From assembly GCA_041659765.1 (NCBI GenBank), contig JBAZXR010000001.1, forward strand, positions 108,537-172,536: DNA of 64,000 bases. Reading direction: 5' to 3'. The stretch is from Patescibacteria group bacterium (GTDB lineage: Bacteria > Patescibacteriota > Patescibacteriia > UBA9934). Position numbers and translations under genes: made by a program. The notes beneath the pieces were generated by a model. It had not been told where the DNA came from. It did no database searches and saw only the letters and a program-made list of their open reading frames with translations. Within the stretch, counting starts at the first letter, position 1. Each line of letters begins with the position of its first letter. Positions 18,061 through 28,400 of the stretch are shown piece by piece.

Positions 18061-19563
18061 TTATCTGAAGGAGAGTGACGTCGAATCCTGCCCTAAGACC
18101 ACCAGAAAGTCAATTGGACTCGCGCTTTTTTTTATCGCTTCGAGGGCTGTCTTTTCCATGACGGCATCCGGGATGACATCATGGGTTTTCATGGAACCAA
18201 GTTTGGTCATGACCACGGCAGCTTTTAAATAGCTCTTCAGGGCGGATAATTCCGCGCCTTTAGTGCCGTCAGTGAAATCGTAGATGGTAGTTTTGGCCGT
18301 GTCACGCTTTTCAGCGTTGGTAACTAGCGAAACGGTGAAGCCTGAGGATTGCAGGAGCTGAGCGGTGTCTCCGCCCAGTCCGGTGGTCAGTGTTCCGTTT
18401 TGAATCTCAATAGTTAATGACTCTGTGGGGGCTTGACCTGGGGAAGGGAGAGGCGTTCGAGTACCGGGAATGTCATGCGCGTAGATATTTGTGGCGAGCG
18501 ATTTTAAATCGCTCCAGTCTTCCTCGTACGGCAATAGTACGTATGCGCCGTTGATGTTTGTCTCATAGAGCAAGCCGCCGGTGGCGTCAAGCACGTGGAG
18601 AGAGATTCTCTCGGTTGAAATGTCCGGGATATATTTGGCAAATTTAATCATCTCAAAAGCGCTCATGTTCGTTTGAACATTTTTCTGGATGATGGCCATG
18701 ATCCGTGAGAGTTTAGTGGGATTCAAGATGACGTCCATGCTGAGCGCGCGTTCTTTGAGTGCTAGGAGAATCTTTTGTTGCCGAGCTGCTCGAGCGAAGT
18801 CCGTACCCTCTCCGCTGCCGCCGTGGCGGGAGCGCGCGTATTCCAAAGCGAGAGCGCCATCCATGTGCGTCCAGCCTTTTACGAAAGCCACGGTCTTCAC
18901 ACTGCCCAAGTCATCGTCAACGGGATAGGTGCTGTCCGTAAAGCTTCGGTCCACATAAACATCTACTCCGCCCAAGGCGTCAATTACATCGGCGAAACCG
19001 TGAAAGTCGATTTTGACACTGTAGGGAGCTGGCTGTCCTAAGATGCCGCTGACTATTTTGGCGGACGCATCCCGACCAGTGCCGGATTTCTCTTGTTCTG
19101 CGAGTGCGTTGACGGCGTTGATTTTGCGGTAGCCCTGGCCAGGTACAAAGACCGTGAGGTCTCGGGGAATGGAGATGAGTCCCAGCTCCTTGGTGCTTGG
19201 CCGGTAACTCCCAAAAATCATAGTATCAGTAAGCTCTGCGCCGTCATGTCCAGCTCCGCCAATGCCTAGAAGTAGGATATTTACGCGGTCTTCGGTTTCA
19301 CCTGAAATAGCCTTTTCACCGGACCGGACGAGACGGGCGAGTGTGTCAAAGATGGAGAGCGGGGCGCCGTCCTCGTAGTTAGTGCTTTTGGCGATGCCGG
19401 CAAATAACAGGAAACCTCCTACCCCTATAATGCAAGCACCAAAAAAGAACAGCTGAAAAATGGACTGAGATTTTTGTTGTTTTCTAACGGGCAGCGCCTC
19501 GGCCTGAGCTGAGACCAGCAGTTCGTCTGAAGGATGAAGAAGATCCATGGGTTTGTGATCCAT
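18061..19563 (-). CDS. LCP (LytR-CpsA-Psr) family protein with LytR_C domain
   Basis: NILLLG, TDTM, SIPRD, KIN, DFARAARQQ; C-terminal IQNGT..GL and VVLGQD. Confidence 0.9.
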   Translation of the reverse strand: MDHKPMDLLHPSDELLVSAQAEALPVRKQQKSQSIFQLFFFGACIIGVGGFLLFAGIAKSTNYEDGAPLSIFDTLARLVRSGEKAISGETEDRVNILLLGIGGAGHDGAELTDTMIFGSYRPSTKELGLISIPRDLTVFVPGQGYRKINAVNALAEQEKSGTGRDASAKIVSGILGQPAPYSVKIDFHGFADVIDALGGVDVYVDRSFTDSTYPVDDDLGSVKTVAFVKGWTHMDGALALEYARSRHGGSGEGTDFARAARQQKILLALKERALSMDVILNPTKLSRIMAIIQKNVQTNMSAFEMIKFAKYIPDISTERISLHVLDATGGLLYETNINGAYVLLPYEEDWSDLKSLATNIYAHDIPGTRTPLPSPGQAPTESLTIEIQNGTLTTGLGGDTAQLLQSSGFTVSLVTNAEKRDTAKTTIYDFTDGTKGAELSALKSYLKAAVVMTKLGSMKTHDVIPDAVMEKTALEAIKKSASPIDFLVVLGQDSTSLSFR

Positions 19564-19649
19564 AGCGGTAGCAATGAGTATAGCTTGCTTTTTATGTCTT
19601 GAGAAGGACTCTCGACAAGCGTGAAAAATTACGATAAACTGCCACACGC

Positions 19650-19726
19650 GGATGTTTAGCTCAGCTGGTTAGAGCGCTGTACTCACACTGCAGAGGTCGC
19701 AGGTTCGAGTCCTGCAACATCCACCA
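19650..19726 (+). tRNA. tRNA-Val (CAC)
   Basis: GGATGTTTAGCTCAG...CTGTA-CT-CAC-AC-TGCAG...GGTTCGAGTCC...AACATCCACCA. Confidence 0.94.
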
Positions 19727-19809
19727 CTTGATTCGCTACGCTCGCTCATGGTCTTTGACCATAAATGTCGGAGCTACGAGTTGACTGCTCGTGCTATTAT
19801 TCGCTTACT

Positions 19810-20424
19810 ATGCTGTTTAGAAAAAGATCGGAGCCGGTTGGTCCGAGCACCCTCGAAAGAATGTTTGGTCCAACAGTGGGTGCGGTTGGTAATTTTTTTC
19901 TAGAGATCGCCCAGATTGCCATCTTGGCTTTGGTCATTATTCTTATCACTCGGCATTTTCTCATTTTGCCTTTTATTGTGAAAGGTGCGTCCATGGAGCC
20001 GAATTTTCATGACAATGAATATTTGATTGTGGACGAGGTGACTTATCGGTTTCGCGCGCCTGAACGTGGCGAGATAGTCGTGTTTCATCCGCCCGAAAAC
20101 GAGGGTCAGTATTACATCAAGAGAATTATCGGCTTGCCAAAAGAACGGGTTGAAGTTAAGAACGGCAAGATAACTATCTATAATGATAAGTATCCGTCCG
20201 GAATTGTTTTACCGGAGGAGTACTTGACGGAAACCACGACCGGTAGCGATAGTGTGACGCTTGGGCCGGACCAGTACTATGTAATGGGAGATAACCGCAA
20301 CGCTAGTCTTGACTCCAGATCGTTTGGTTATGTGCCCAAGGATCATATTATTGGCCGAGTGTGGATCCGTGGTTTGCCACTTGAGAAAGCAGGAACTTTC
20401 ATGACCCCGGTTTATCAGTATTAA
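19810..20424 (+). CDS. lepB: Signal peptidase I
   Basis: GASMEPNF, YIKRIIGLP, GDNR..S.DSR. Confidence 0.95.
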   Translation: MLFRKRSEPVGPSTLERMFGPTVGAVGNFFLEIAQIAILALVIILITRHFLILPFIVKGASMEPNFHDNEYLIVDEVTYRFRAPERGEIVVFHPPENEGQYYIKRIIGLPKERVEVKNGKITIYNDKYPSGIVLPEEYLTETTTGSDSVTLGPDQYYVMGDNRNASLDSRSFGYVPKDHIIGRVWIRGLPLEKAGTFMTPVYQY

Positions 20425-20438
20425 CCATCTTCTTCCCT

Positions 20439-21824
20439 ATGCCGTCTAAACCGACTTCCGCCCCGAAAGTTGAAAAACCTGTTGCTCCGGTTACCAGCGC
20501 CAAGAAAGCGAAAGTACCTGAAACATTGCGCGGCTTCCGAGATATACTCCCGGAAGAGCAGGCTGCTTGGGATAAAATGGATGCGGTCATGCAATCCCTT
20601 TCTAGGGCCTATGGTTTTGGGCGTATTCGCCTGCCGGTAGCTGAACAAACAGCACTTTTTGAGCGAGGGGTTGGTAAGGATACGGATGTGGTAGAGAAAG
20701 AGATGTTTACGTTTACTGATCAGGGCGGCGTGCGCATGACCATGCGTCCAGAAGGCACGGCCCAGATTGCCCGCGCCTACATTGAGCACGGTATGTTGAA
20801 CCAACCGCAACCGGTGAAGCTGTGGTATGCGGAACAGTTTTTCCGCCACGAACGTCCGCAGGCTGGCCGCTACCGCCAATTCTGGCAGTTCGGTTTGGAA
20901 TCTATTGGTTCTGATGATCCGGTGCTTGATGCACAGATCATCCTCATGTGCGAGCGTTTTTGTCGGGATATGGGGCTCGATGTCACCATTCAGGTGAACT
21001 CGCTTGGTACGCCAGTTTCTCGCCGTTCTTATGTGGCGGAGTTGGTAAAGTTTTTTAAAGCGAACAAGAAGAAGTTGTCCGAAACTGATCAGAAGCGTTT
21101 GGCGAAGAATCCGCTTCGCTTGCTCGATTCGAAGGAGCCGGGCATGGAAGAATTGAAGGCGGAAGCTCCTCAGATTATTGACTACCTTGATGATGAATCC
21201 AAGCAGCACTTTATGAAAGTGCTTGAGTACCTTGATGAGGCTGAGGTGCAGTACACCTTAAACCCGTACTTGGTACGCGGACTCGACTATTACACGAAGA
21301 CTGTGTTTGAGGTTGTACTTACTAACCCAACTGCCGAAGAGGGCGCGCAGAGCTCACTCGGTGGAGGCGGACGGTATGATGGGTTGATCCCACTTTTTGG
21401 CGGACGCGAAGGCACGAGTGCGGTAGGTGCAGCAATTGGACTGGAACGGGTGCTCATGGCGGCACGTGCCGCGGGGAAACTTCCTGATCCTCGCCGTCGG
21501 TCGGAAGTATTTTTCTGCCAGTTGGGCGAAGCTGCCCGCCGCAAGGGTCTTAAGACATTCGAAAAGTTCCGCGAGGCCGGAATCGATGTAGCTGAAGCAT
21601 TCTCGAAGTCGAACCTAAAGGCACAGCTTGAAATCGCTGATAAGGTAAAAGCGCCTATTGCGGTCATCCTTGGCCAGAAAGAAGTGCTTGATGGCACGAT
21701 CATTATCCGTGACATGGAATCCGGCGCGCAGGAGATTGTGGACGTAGAAAAGGTGGTGAGTATTGTGGCGAAACGGCTCATGGAGCTTAAGGCCAAGGCT
21801 CTCGCGAAAGCAGAGGTTAAGTAA
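20439..21824 (+). CDS. hisS: Histidine--tRNA ligase
   Basis: RGFRD, RPEGTA, RHERPQAGRYRQF, LVRGLDYY, GGGRYDGL. Confidence 0.97.
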   Translation: MPSKPTSAPKVEKPVAPVTSAKKAKVPETLRGFRDILPEEQAAWDKMDAVMQSLSRAYGFGRIRLPVAEQTALFERGVGKDTDVVEKEMFTFTDQGGVRMTMRPEGTAQIARAYIEHGMLNQPQPVKLWYAEQFFRHERPQAGRYRQFWQFGLESIGSDDPVLDAQIILMCERFCRDMGLDVTIQVNSLGTPVSRRSYVAELVKFFKANKKKLSETDQKRLAKNPLRLLDSKEPGMEELKAEAPQIIDYLDDESKQHFMKVLEYLDEAEVQYTLNPYLVRGLDYYTKTVFEVVLTNPTAEEGAQSSLGGGGRYDGLIPLFGGREGTSAVGAAIGLERVLMAARAAGKLPDPRRRSEVFFCQLGEAARRKGLKTFEKFREAGIDVAEAFSKSNLKAQLEIADKVKAPIAVILGQKEVLDGTIIIRDMESGAQEIVDVEKVVSIVAKRLMELKAKALAKAEVK

Positions 21825-21888
21825 TTTGCCATGTTTGGGGCCTTGTGCTAACCTTCCGCCAACCTTGAAAGGAAGGTCAAAATATATT

Positions 21889-22149
21889 GTGGCATCATCT
21901 ATAGAAGTCAAACGAAAGAAAGGGGAGAGCTTTGAAGCGGTTTTTCGCCGTTTCTCCCGCCGTCTCCAACAGAGCGGTAAAGTATTAGACGTCCGCGCCG
22001 GCCGCTTCTTTGAGAAAACTCCAAAGAAGAACCGCGTGCACGGTTCCGCACTCCGCCGTCTTGAAATGGGCGAGAGACGCGAATTCCTTCTCAAAACAGG
22101 CAAGATTAAAGAAGAAGATCTCCGCGCTAAAAAGCACGGAAGTCGGTAG
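21889..22149 (+). CDS. rpsU: 30S ribosomal protein S21 (CPR-type, extended)
   Basis: IEVKRKKGESFE..FRRFSR..QQSG...RFFEK; upstream of YqeY. GTG start inferred. Confidence 0.8.
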   Translation: MASSIEVKRKKGESFEAVFRRFSRRLQQSGKVLDVRAGRFFEKTPKKNRVHGSALRRLEMGERREFLLKTGKIKEEDLRAKKHGSR

Positions 22150-22194
22150 GCATAAAGGAGCCGCAAGGCTCTTTTGTGTTAATATACCCATCAT

Positions 22195-22641
22195 ATGAAA
22201 CTCATCGACAAACTCTCAGAAGACATGAAGGCGGCCATGAAGGGGAAGGACGTGAAAACGCTTGAGGTTCTGCGTATGGTCATTTCCTCTATTCGCAACA
22301 AGGCGATCGAACTCAACAAGGAGCTTGAGGATGCCGAAGTTATTGCGGTTATTAAGAGTGATGCGAAGAAGATCAGGGACGCCATGGAGACGTTTGCGCA
22401 AAATGCTCGACAAGATTTGGCTGACGAAGCGAAACGCGAAATTGCAATTCTTGAAACATACTTGCCGGAACAGATGCCGGATGCTGAGCTTGAAGCAAAG
22501 GTGAAGGCGAAGATTGAAGAGTTGGGTGCTAAGGCATCGAGTGAAGTTGGAAAAGTTGTCGGCGCGCTCGCAAAAGAATTGAAGGGATTGGTTGACGGCT
22601 CCCGGATTAAAGAAAAAGTAGAAAAGTTTTTGAATGAGTAA
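22195..22641 (+). CDS. GatB/YqeY domain protein
   Basis: DMKAAMKGKD..L..LR and EIAILETYLP.Q motifs. Confidence 0.92.
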   Translation: MKLIDKLSEDMKAAMKGKDVKTLEVLRMVISSIRNKAIELNKELEDAEVIAVIKSDAKKIRDAMETFAQNARQDLADEAKREIAILETYLPEQMPDAELEAKVKAKIEELGAKASSEVGKVVGALAKELKGLVDGSRIKEKVEKFLNE

Positions 22642-23719
22642 TCCTGCCGGGGCGTACAAGGCAATTTTAGCCGACGTAGTTCATTTTTCGGTCACTAAAG
22701 CGGAAGCGCTGGAACGGATGGCCGAGCTTGAAGCTCTGACGCAAACATACGGTGGTATTGCGGTGGTTAAAGCTATTCAGCGCCGGGACAAGCCGGATTT
22801 TCAAACCTTTATTGGTAGTGGAAAATTGGAGGAGATAATTGCTGAGGCCAAGGACACTGGGGCGAACGTACTTATAGTGAATGACATTCTAAAACCCGGT
22901 CAGCTGTTCAGGCTCGAAGAAGCGCTTGAGCCCGTAAAGATGAAAGTCTGGGATAGAGTTGATCTCATTTTGCATATCTTTGACCGTCATGCCACGAGTG
23001 CGGAGGCGAAGCTCGAGATCGAATTGGCTCGCTTGCGCCATATTGGCCCGCGTATTTACAACATGGGGGCGCAGTTGGGCAAGCAGGGTGGAGGAACGGG
23101 CGTCCGCGGAGGTGCCGGCGAAAGTAACACGGAAAAGATGAAGCGCCATATTAAGGAGCGCGAGCGGGCGATTGTGAAGAAGCTCGAGGGTTATGAGAGC
23201 GGTCGAGCAGAACACCGGAAAAGCCGGGTACGGGCGGGTTTTAAGACGGTGGCGTTGGTCGGCTATACAAATGCTGGAAAGACGGCGCTGTTAAACGTGC
23301 TGACTAAGCGTAAAGAGATTTCTGCAAACAAACTATTCGCGACGCTTGATACTCGCGTCGGCGAGATATATCTGCCTGAGCTCGGAGCCTCGGCGCTCTT
23401 GTCTGACACTATTGGTTTTATCCGCGATCTTCCGCCTTCGCTCATTAAGGCCTTCCGCTCTACTTTGTCTGAGGCAGTTCATGCTGACCTTCTTTTGCAT
23501 GTTATTGACTCCGCAGACCCGAAGCTTGATCTCAAGCGCGCGGTGGTTGAAAACATCTTGGCGTCTCTTGGGCTGGCTGATCGCCCGACCATTTTGGTTT
23601 ACAACAAGTGTGATTTATTGCCTAAAAATTTGAAAAGAGAAGATGGGATTTGTGTTTCAGCGGTCACGAAAGACGGTCTACCCACACTTAAGGAAAAAAT
23701 TGCAGCCATGCTTCGATAG
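22634..23719 (+). CDS. hflX: GTPase HflX
   Basis: IGSGKLEE, DRVDLILHIF, VGYTNAGKT, LFATLD, DTIGFI. Confidence 0.95.
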   Translation: MSNPAGAYKAILADVVHFSVTKAEALERMAELEALTQTYGGIAVVKAIQRRDKPDFQTFIGSGKLEEIIAEAKDTGANVLIVNDILKPGQLFRLEEALEPVKMKVWDRVDLILHIFDRHATSAEAKLEIELARLRHIGPRIYNMGAQLGKQGGGTGVRGGAGESNTEKMKRHIKERERAIVKKLEGYESGRAEHRKSRVRAGFKTVALVGYTNAGKTALLNVLTKRKEISANKLFATLDTRVGEIYLPELGASALLSDTIGFIRDLPPSLIKAFRSTLSEAVHADLLLHVIDSADPKLDLKRAVVENILASLGLADRPTILVYNKCDLLPKNLKREDGICVSAVTKDGLPTLKEKIAAMLR

Positions 23720-23743
23720 TTCGTGGTAAAATGTGTGGGAGTT

Positions 23744-25471
23744 ATGCTAAGCCGTTGGGCTCAGAATACGTTTGCAGTAATCCTTGTTATGGCAGGGGGC
23801 TTTTTATTTTCTGCGCCACAGGTTTTCGCTCAAGCTGATCAAACGGCTCAGGTGGCTGCTACGGCCGGGTTTGGGACAGCTGATCTACCGACTATTATTG
23901 GCCAGATCATCAGTGTTTTTCTGGGACTACTTGGCGTAGTTTTTCTGGTCCTGACTATTTACGCCGGCACCATGTGGATGACGGCCGCCGGTGATCCTAA
24001 GAAAGTTGAGAAGGCTAAGAATATTTTGATTCAGGCGGCCGTTGGGTTATTAATTACGATCAGTGCTTACGGAATCACCACCTTTATAGTCAATGCGATT
24101 ACGGGCGGAACTGGCGGCGGTGGGGGCGGGACAGGCGGTGGAAGTAATGGCGGAGTCTCGGTCGAGAGCCTGTCTGGTGCTTTGGGCGCCGGACCAATTC
24201 GCGACCATTACCCAACCAGAAATCAGACTGATGTGGCCCGGAACGCTAAAATAATGATTACGTTTAAGGAGGCCATTGACCCGGCCTCGGTGACGGTTAA
24301 TTCCGTGAAGATTTTCCCTGCCTCCACGGGTGTTACTGGTGCGCTCACGGACACGGTTATTAACTTTACAGACGATCACAAGACTTTTGTCTTTAGGCCG
24401 GCCGCCTATTTGGGCTCGCCGACCGCTAAGGTCCAGTACACCGTCCAATTAACTACTGACATTAAAAATGCCGGTGGTGCCAAGCTGTTCTCCGGCTCAT
24501 ACAGCAGTGGGTATAAGTGGTCATTTGAAACTGGCACGGTGCTTGATCTGACGCCGCCGACAATTGTGTCCGTTACTCCTGCTAACTCTGGCGCCTATGC
24601 TCGGAACATCGTAGTGCAGGCTACTTTTTCCGAACCGGTTGACCCAACTTCTGCTTCGGGCGTCCGAACATCTTCCGGAGGTTTCTCGAACATTGGGATT
24701 ACAAGTAATGCGACTGTGCAGGTGCCTGGCGAATATCAGATTTCCAATGGCTATACTTCTGTAACCTTCATCTCGGCTGAGCCTTGTGGCACTAACTCTT
24801 GCGGAGAAAAGATTGTCTGCTTGCCGGCTAGCAGCAGTTTGAATGTCACCGTTAAGGGTGCAAGTACTACGGCTAATCCTCCGCAGGCAGATACCTTTCC
24901 GTATGACGGTGTGGTAGACATGGCCGGTAATTCTTTTGATGGCAACCACGACGGCACGGCTGGAGACTTTTTTGGCTGGAGTTTTACGACCACCGGGGAT
25001 ATCGCGCTCGCGGGGCCAAAGATTGTGTCTGTTTCGCCGAATATTTCCGAAGAAGATGTGCCGCTTGATCAGCCGGTCACGATTACGTTTGGCGATGTCC
25101 TGATGACCTCTAGCGTTTCTCAAGACACAGTCCAGTTATCTAATAAAGAACAGGTGTCTGGCATTTCTCATGAAATGTGGTTTTCGCCGAGCACCTCCTA
25201 TTTGACGAGCGATGATCAGGTGGTGACTTCGGCTGCTCAGATTCCGGCCAAGACGGTGGTTGAAGTGACTCACGGAACGTTCTTGCAGTCGGTGGACGGC
25301 AAGTCATATTTGTATGGCTCGACAGTCACGAGTGGTTTGTTGAACCAGTATCAAAATTGTTATGTGCCCGGAGCGGGACCTGATGCGGTTGGCGGATTGT
25401 GCGGTGTGTCGGCCGCAGAGCCGTACTGCTGCAACGGTATCCCATCTTCCTCGGCTTGCATCCTCTTCTAA
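23744..25471 (+). CDS. T4SS-pilin (VirB2/TrbC-like) anchored protein with three Ig-like (Big_5-type) domains
   Basis: Signal peptide; IYAG..WMTAAG....VEKAK..L..A.VGL pilin motif; Gly linker; repeated P..(V/I).(V/I).F.E.(V/I)D..S Ig modules. Confidence 0.8.
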   Translation: MLSRWAQNTFAVILVMAGGFLFSAPQVFAQADQTAQVAATAGFGTADLPTIIGQIISVFLGLLGVVFLVLTIYAGTMWMTAAGDPKKVEKAKNILIQAAVGLLITISAYGITTFIVNAITGGTGGGGGGTGGGSNGGVSVESLSGALGAGPIRDHYPTRNQTDVARNAKIMITFKEAIDPASVTVNSVKIFPASTGVTGALTDTVINFTDDHKTFVFRPAAYLGSPTAKVQYTVQLTTDIKNAGGAKLFSGSYSSGYKWSFETGTVLDLTPPTIVSVTPANSGAYARNIVVQATFSEPVDPTSASGVRTSSGGFSNIGITSNATVQVPGEYQISNGYTSVTFISAEPCGTNSCGEKIVCLPASSSLNVTVKGASTTANPPQADTFPYDGVVDMAGNSFDGNHDGTAGDFFGWSFTTTGDIALAGPKIVSVSPNISEEDVPLDQPVTITFGDVLMTSSVSQDTVQLSNKEQVSGISHEMWFSPSTSYLTSDDQVVTSAAQIPAKTVVEVTHGTFLQSVDGKSYLYGSTVTSGLLNQYQNCYVPGAGPDAVGGLCGVSAAEPYCCNGIPSSSACILF

Positions 25472-25477
25472 AACATT

Positions 25478-28400
25478 GTGAACATAAACCGCTTAAAACA
25501 CTTGGTTGTCGGGTTACTCGTCGCTACGAGCTCGGCTTTGCCGTTGGCTTTGCCAATGATCGCTTCCGCGCAGACGGACACGGTGACGAGCGGGCTTGAG
25601 ACCGTGGGTACAGCTACTGGTTTAGGAAATGAGGATCCGCGGATTATAGTGGCGAGAATTATTAGAGTAGTGATTTCTTCGCTCGGCGTAATCGCCGTGG
25701 TTATTGTTCTTTACGGCGGTTTCGTCTGGATGACCTCGGCTGGCAATGAAGAGAAGGTGAGTAAAGCTAAGAAGATTTTGTTGAGCGGCGGTATCGGTCT
25801 AATGATTATTCTGATGTCATGGTCCATCACCACCTTCATTATTAGTTCACTTTTGAGTGCAACTGGCGGTGGTGGTGGCGGTTCTGGCGGCGCAGGTGAC
25901 GGTGTAGGCGGAACTAGTCTGGGTGGCGGTTCTGGCAGTGGCTTTGTAGTAACCGGTATTGTTCCTAAGGGTGAGGTGACGATTAGAAATGTGCAGGTTC
26001 GTGTAACATTCTCGAAGAATGTTGATCCTGCAAGCATTGCTAACGCCTTTACGGTTAAAAATACCCTGACGGGTGCAGTCATTGCTGGTACGCCATCTGT
26101 TTCCGGAAACACCATTACTTTCAAACCTAGCACGCCTTGTTCGGACGCGGCACCAGCTCCGCTTTGTTTTGACGCGAGCACTCAGTTTACGGTCACCATG
26201 ACTACGGCCATTAAGAGTACCTCGGCGGTTGCTTTGACGTGTCCGACTAGCCGTCCCTGTGCTGGCAGCTTCACGACTGGAACTATAGTCGACGAGGTTC
26301 CGCCAACAGCTTTGATTACTGACCCTGACGCTGGACAGCGCGTGCCAGCCAATAGCTTTCAGAACGTTCAGGTGGTTGGTACTGATGATGTTGGTGTCGC
26401 TAGTGCTACCTTCTTGGCCGGTACTGTCAGTTTTGACGAAGTTCCGGCTACCGGAGCGGATCTCACGAGCGTAACAATTAGCGCTGATTGGGATACGAGC
26501 AACGAGGATGCTGGAAACTCGGTAAAATTGTCTTCCACTATTACTGACCTGGCTGGTAACACGGCTGAAGACTCAGTTGGGGTGCTCTTAGCACCAGCTT
26601 CATGCCAAAATAACGTCTTAGATTCCGGCAGTGGAGAAACGGGGATTGATTGTGGCGGTGATCCGACTAGCGCGAACTATTGTGGCGCGTGTGACGGCTC
26701 GGCTTGTACTTCTTCTACTGATTGTCAGTCCGGTTCTTGTGTGAGCGGTGTTTGTCGGGCTACGACCGTTATTAGAGCGGTTTCGCCATTGTCGGGTGCG
26801 CCTGGTACTTACGTCACAATTTCTGGTAATTCTTTTGGGGCAACGCCGGGCAAAGTTTTGTTTGTTGGTCCGGGCGCGCCAGTTGAGGCGGTTCTAGCTC
26901 CGTGTGCTGATGGTTGGACAGACCGCCAGGTAGTAGTCATGGTGCCGCCAGGTCCGGCTGGAACTGGTCCGATTACTATTGTGCGAGCAAATGCGGTAGA
27001 TGATTTTGATAAGGATTTAACTAATGATAATCGGGGTCCGCTCATTGCTAACTTCGTCGTGAACACGGTGGCGCATCCAAATCTGTGTGGTCTTTCGGCT
27101 ACCAGTGCCAAAGCTGGCGATTCGCTCACGCTTACCGGATCCGGTTTCGGCGCTAGTCGAGGGACTTCGGTAGTGGCCTTTGGTAGTAATCGTCCCGCCT
27201 CCACCTATTCGTCATGGTCTGATTCTTCCGCTCAGGTAGTGGTGCCGGTCGTAGCCTCTCGTGATGGCTCGTACGCTGTACATGTGGTTTCCGACGCCGG
27301 CATTTCGTCGAATAGCATTAGCTTACGCTTTACCTCGGCCGCTTCTTCTGGCGGATCTACAACCTCAGGTGGGACAACTACGCCGGGAGGCGTGACTACA
27401 CCAGGCGGGACTACTACTCCCGGTGGAACCACAACTCCAGGCGGAACCACTACGCCTGGCGGTTCAGCCGCCTCTGCACTTGTTCCGTCGCTCGTTTCGA
27501 TTGATCCTGGTCAGGGTGGAATAGGGCGTTACGTTAGTTTGACGGGCACAAATTTTGGTTCCGCTAAGGGGATTGTCAAGTTCACTAATACCGCGACCGG
27601 CGATACTGCGGTGGCTAGCTTGGATGTTTCTGCAGCCTGCGGTGCGGAAAACCCATGGGGTAACACGCTGATCAGATTTGTCGTTCCCGGCACCTATACA
27701 AATGGCACGGCCATCGCGGTCGCCGCACATACTGTGTCTATCACCTCAGCCAGTGGCCAGATTTCTAATACTGTTCCATTTACTATAATCGCTGATGATA
27801 CAAGACCGAATGTGTGCGGAATCGTGCCCGCTACTGGCCAGGCCGGGGATACGATAAAAATTGTTGGCGATCGGTTTGGCTCAACCAATGGCGCGGTTAC
27901 TTTTTCGTCGAGTGTGACTTCAGTCATCACCTCTTGGAGTAATACCGAAGTCAAAGTGACCGTTCCGGCCAGTGCTCAGAGCGGCAGTGTCACCCTAGCC
28001 AACGCCGCCGGAGTAAAAGGTAACAATGTTTATTTCAGCGTGGCTTCGCCTACTTCATCGGCTGGCGCGGTGGGCGGCGGCTATGCTTGGAGTTTTTCTT
28101 CCGGTTCCATTCCTAAAGTTCCAAGTTTGGTAACTGAGTGTTCGGCTTCGGTCGTTTCTGCTGTGCCGAATAACCGGTTTACGGACTCGGTTTGTACCAA
28201 TGCTGTGGTGTATGCCGAATTCACTCAGCCGATGAACCAGGCCACAGTGCAGGGTGCGGTGAAGGTTGACCGCTGTACCGGCGAAGGCTCTAACCCGTGT
28301 TCTTCGGTGATGGCGGTGACAGGTCAGACGCTCACTACTTTAAAATCTTTTACTTTTACGCCAAGCACGCCGCTGGCTATAAGTTCAACTTACCGCGTGA

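Noticed and set aside
20421-21209. 262-aa antisense ORF within hisS (likewise 484-1263 within aspS)
   Set aside because: Antisense shadows of conserved synthetase genes.
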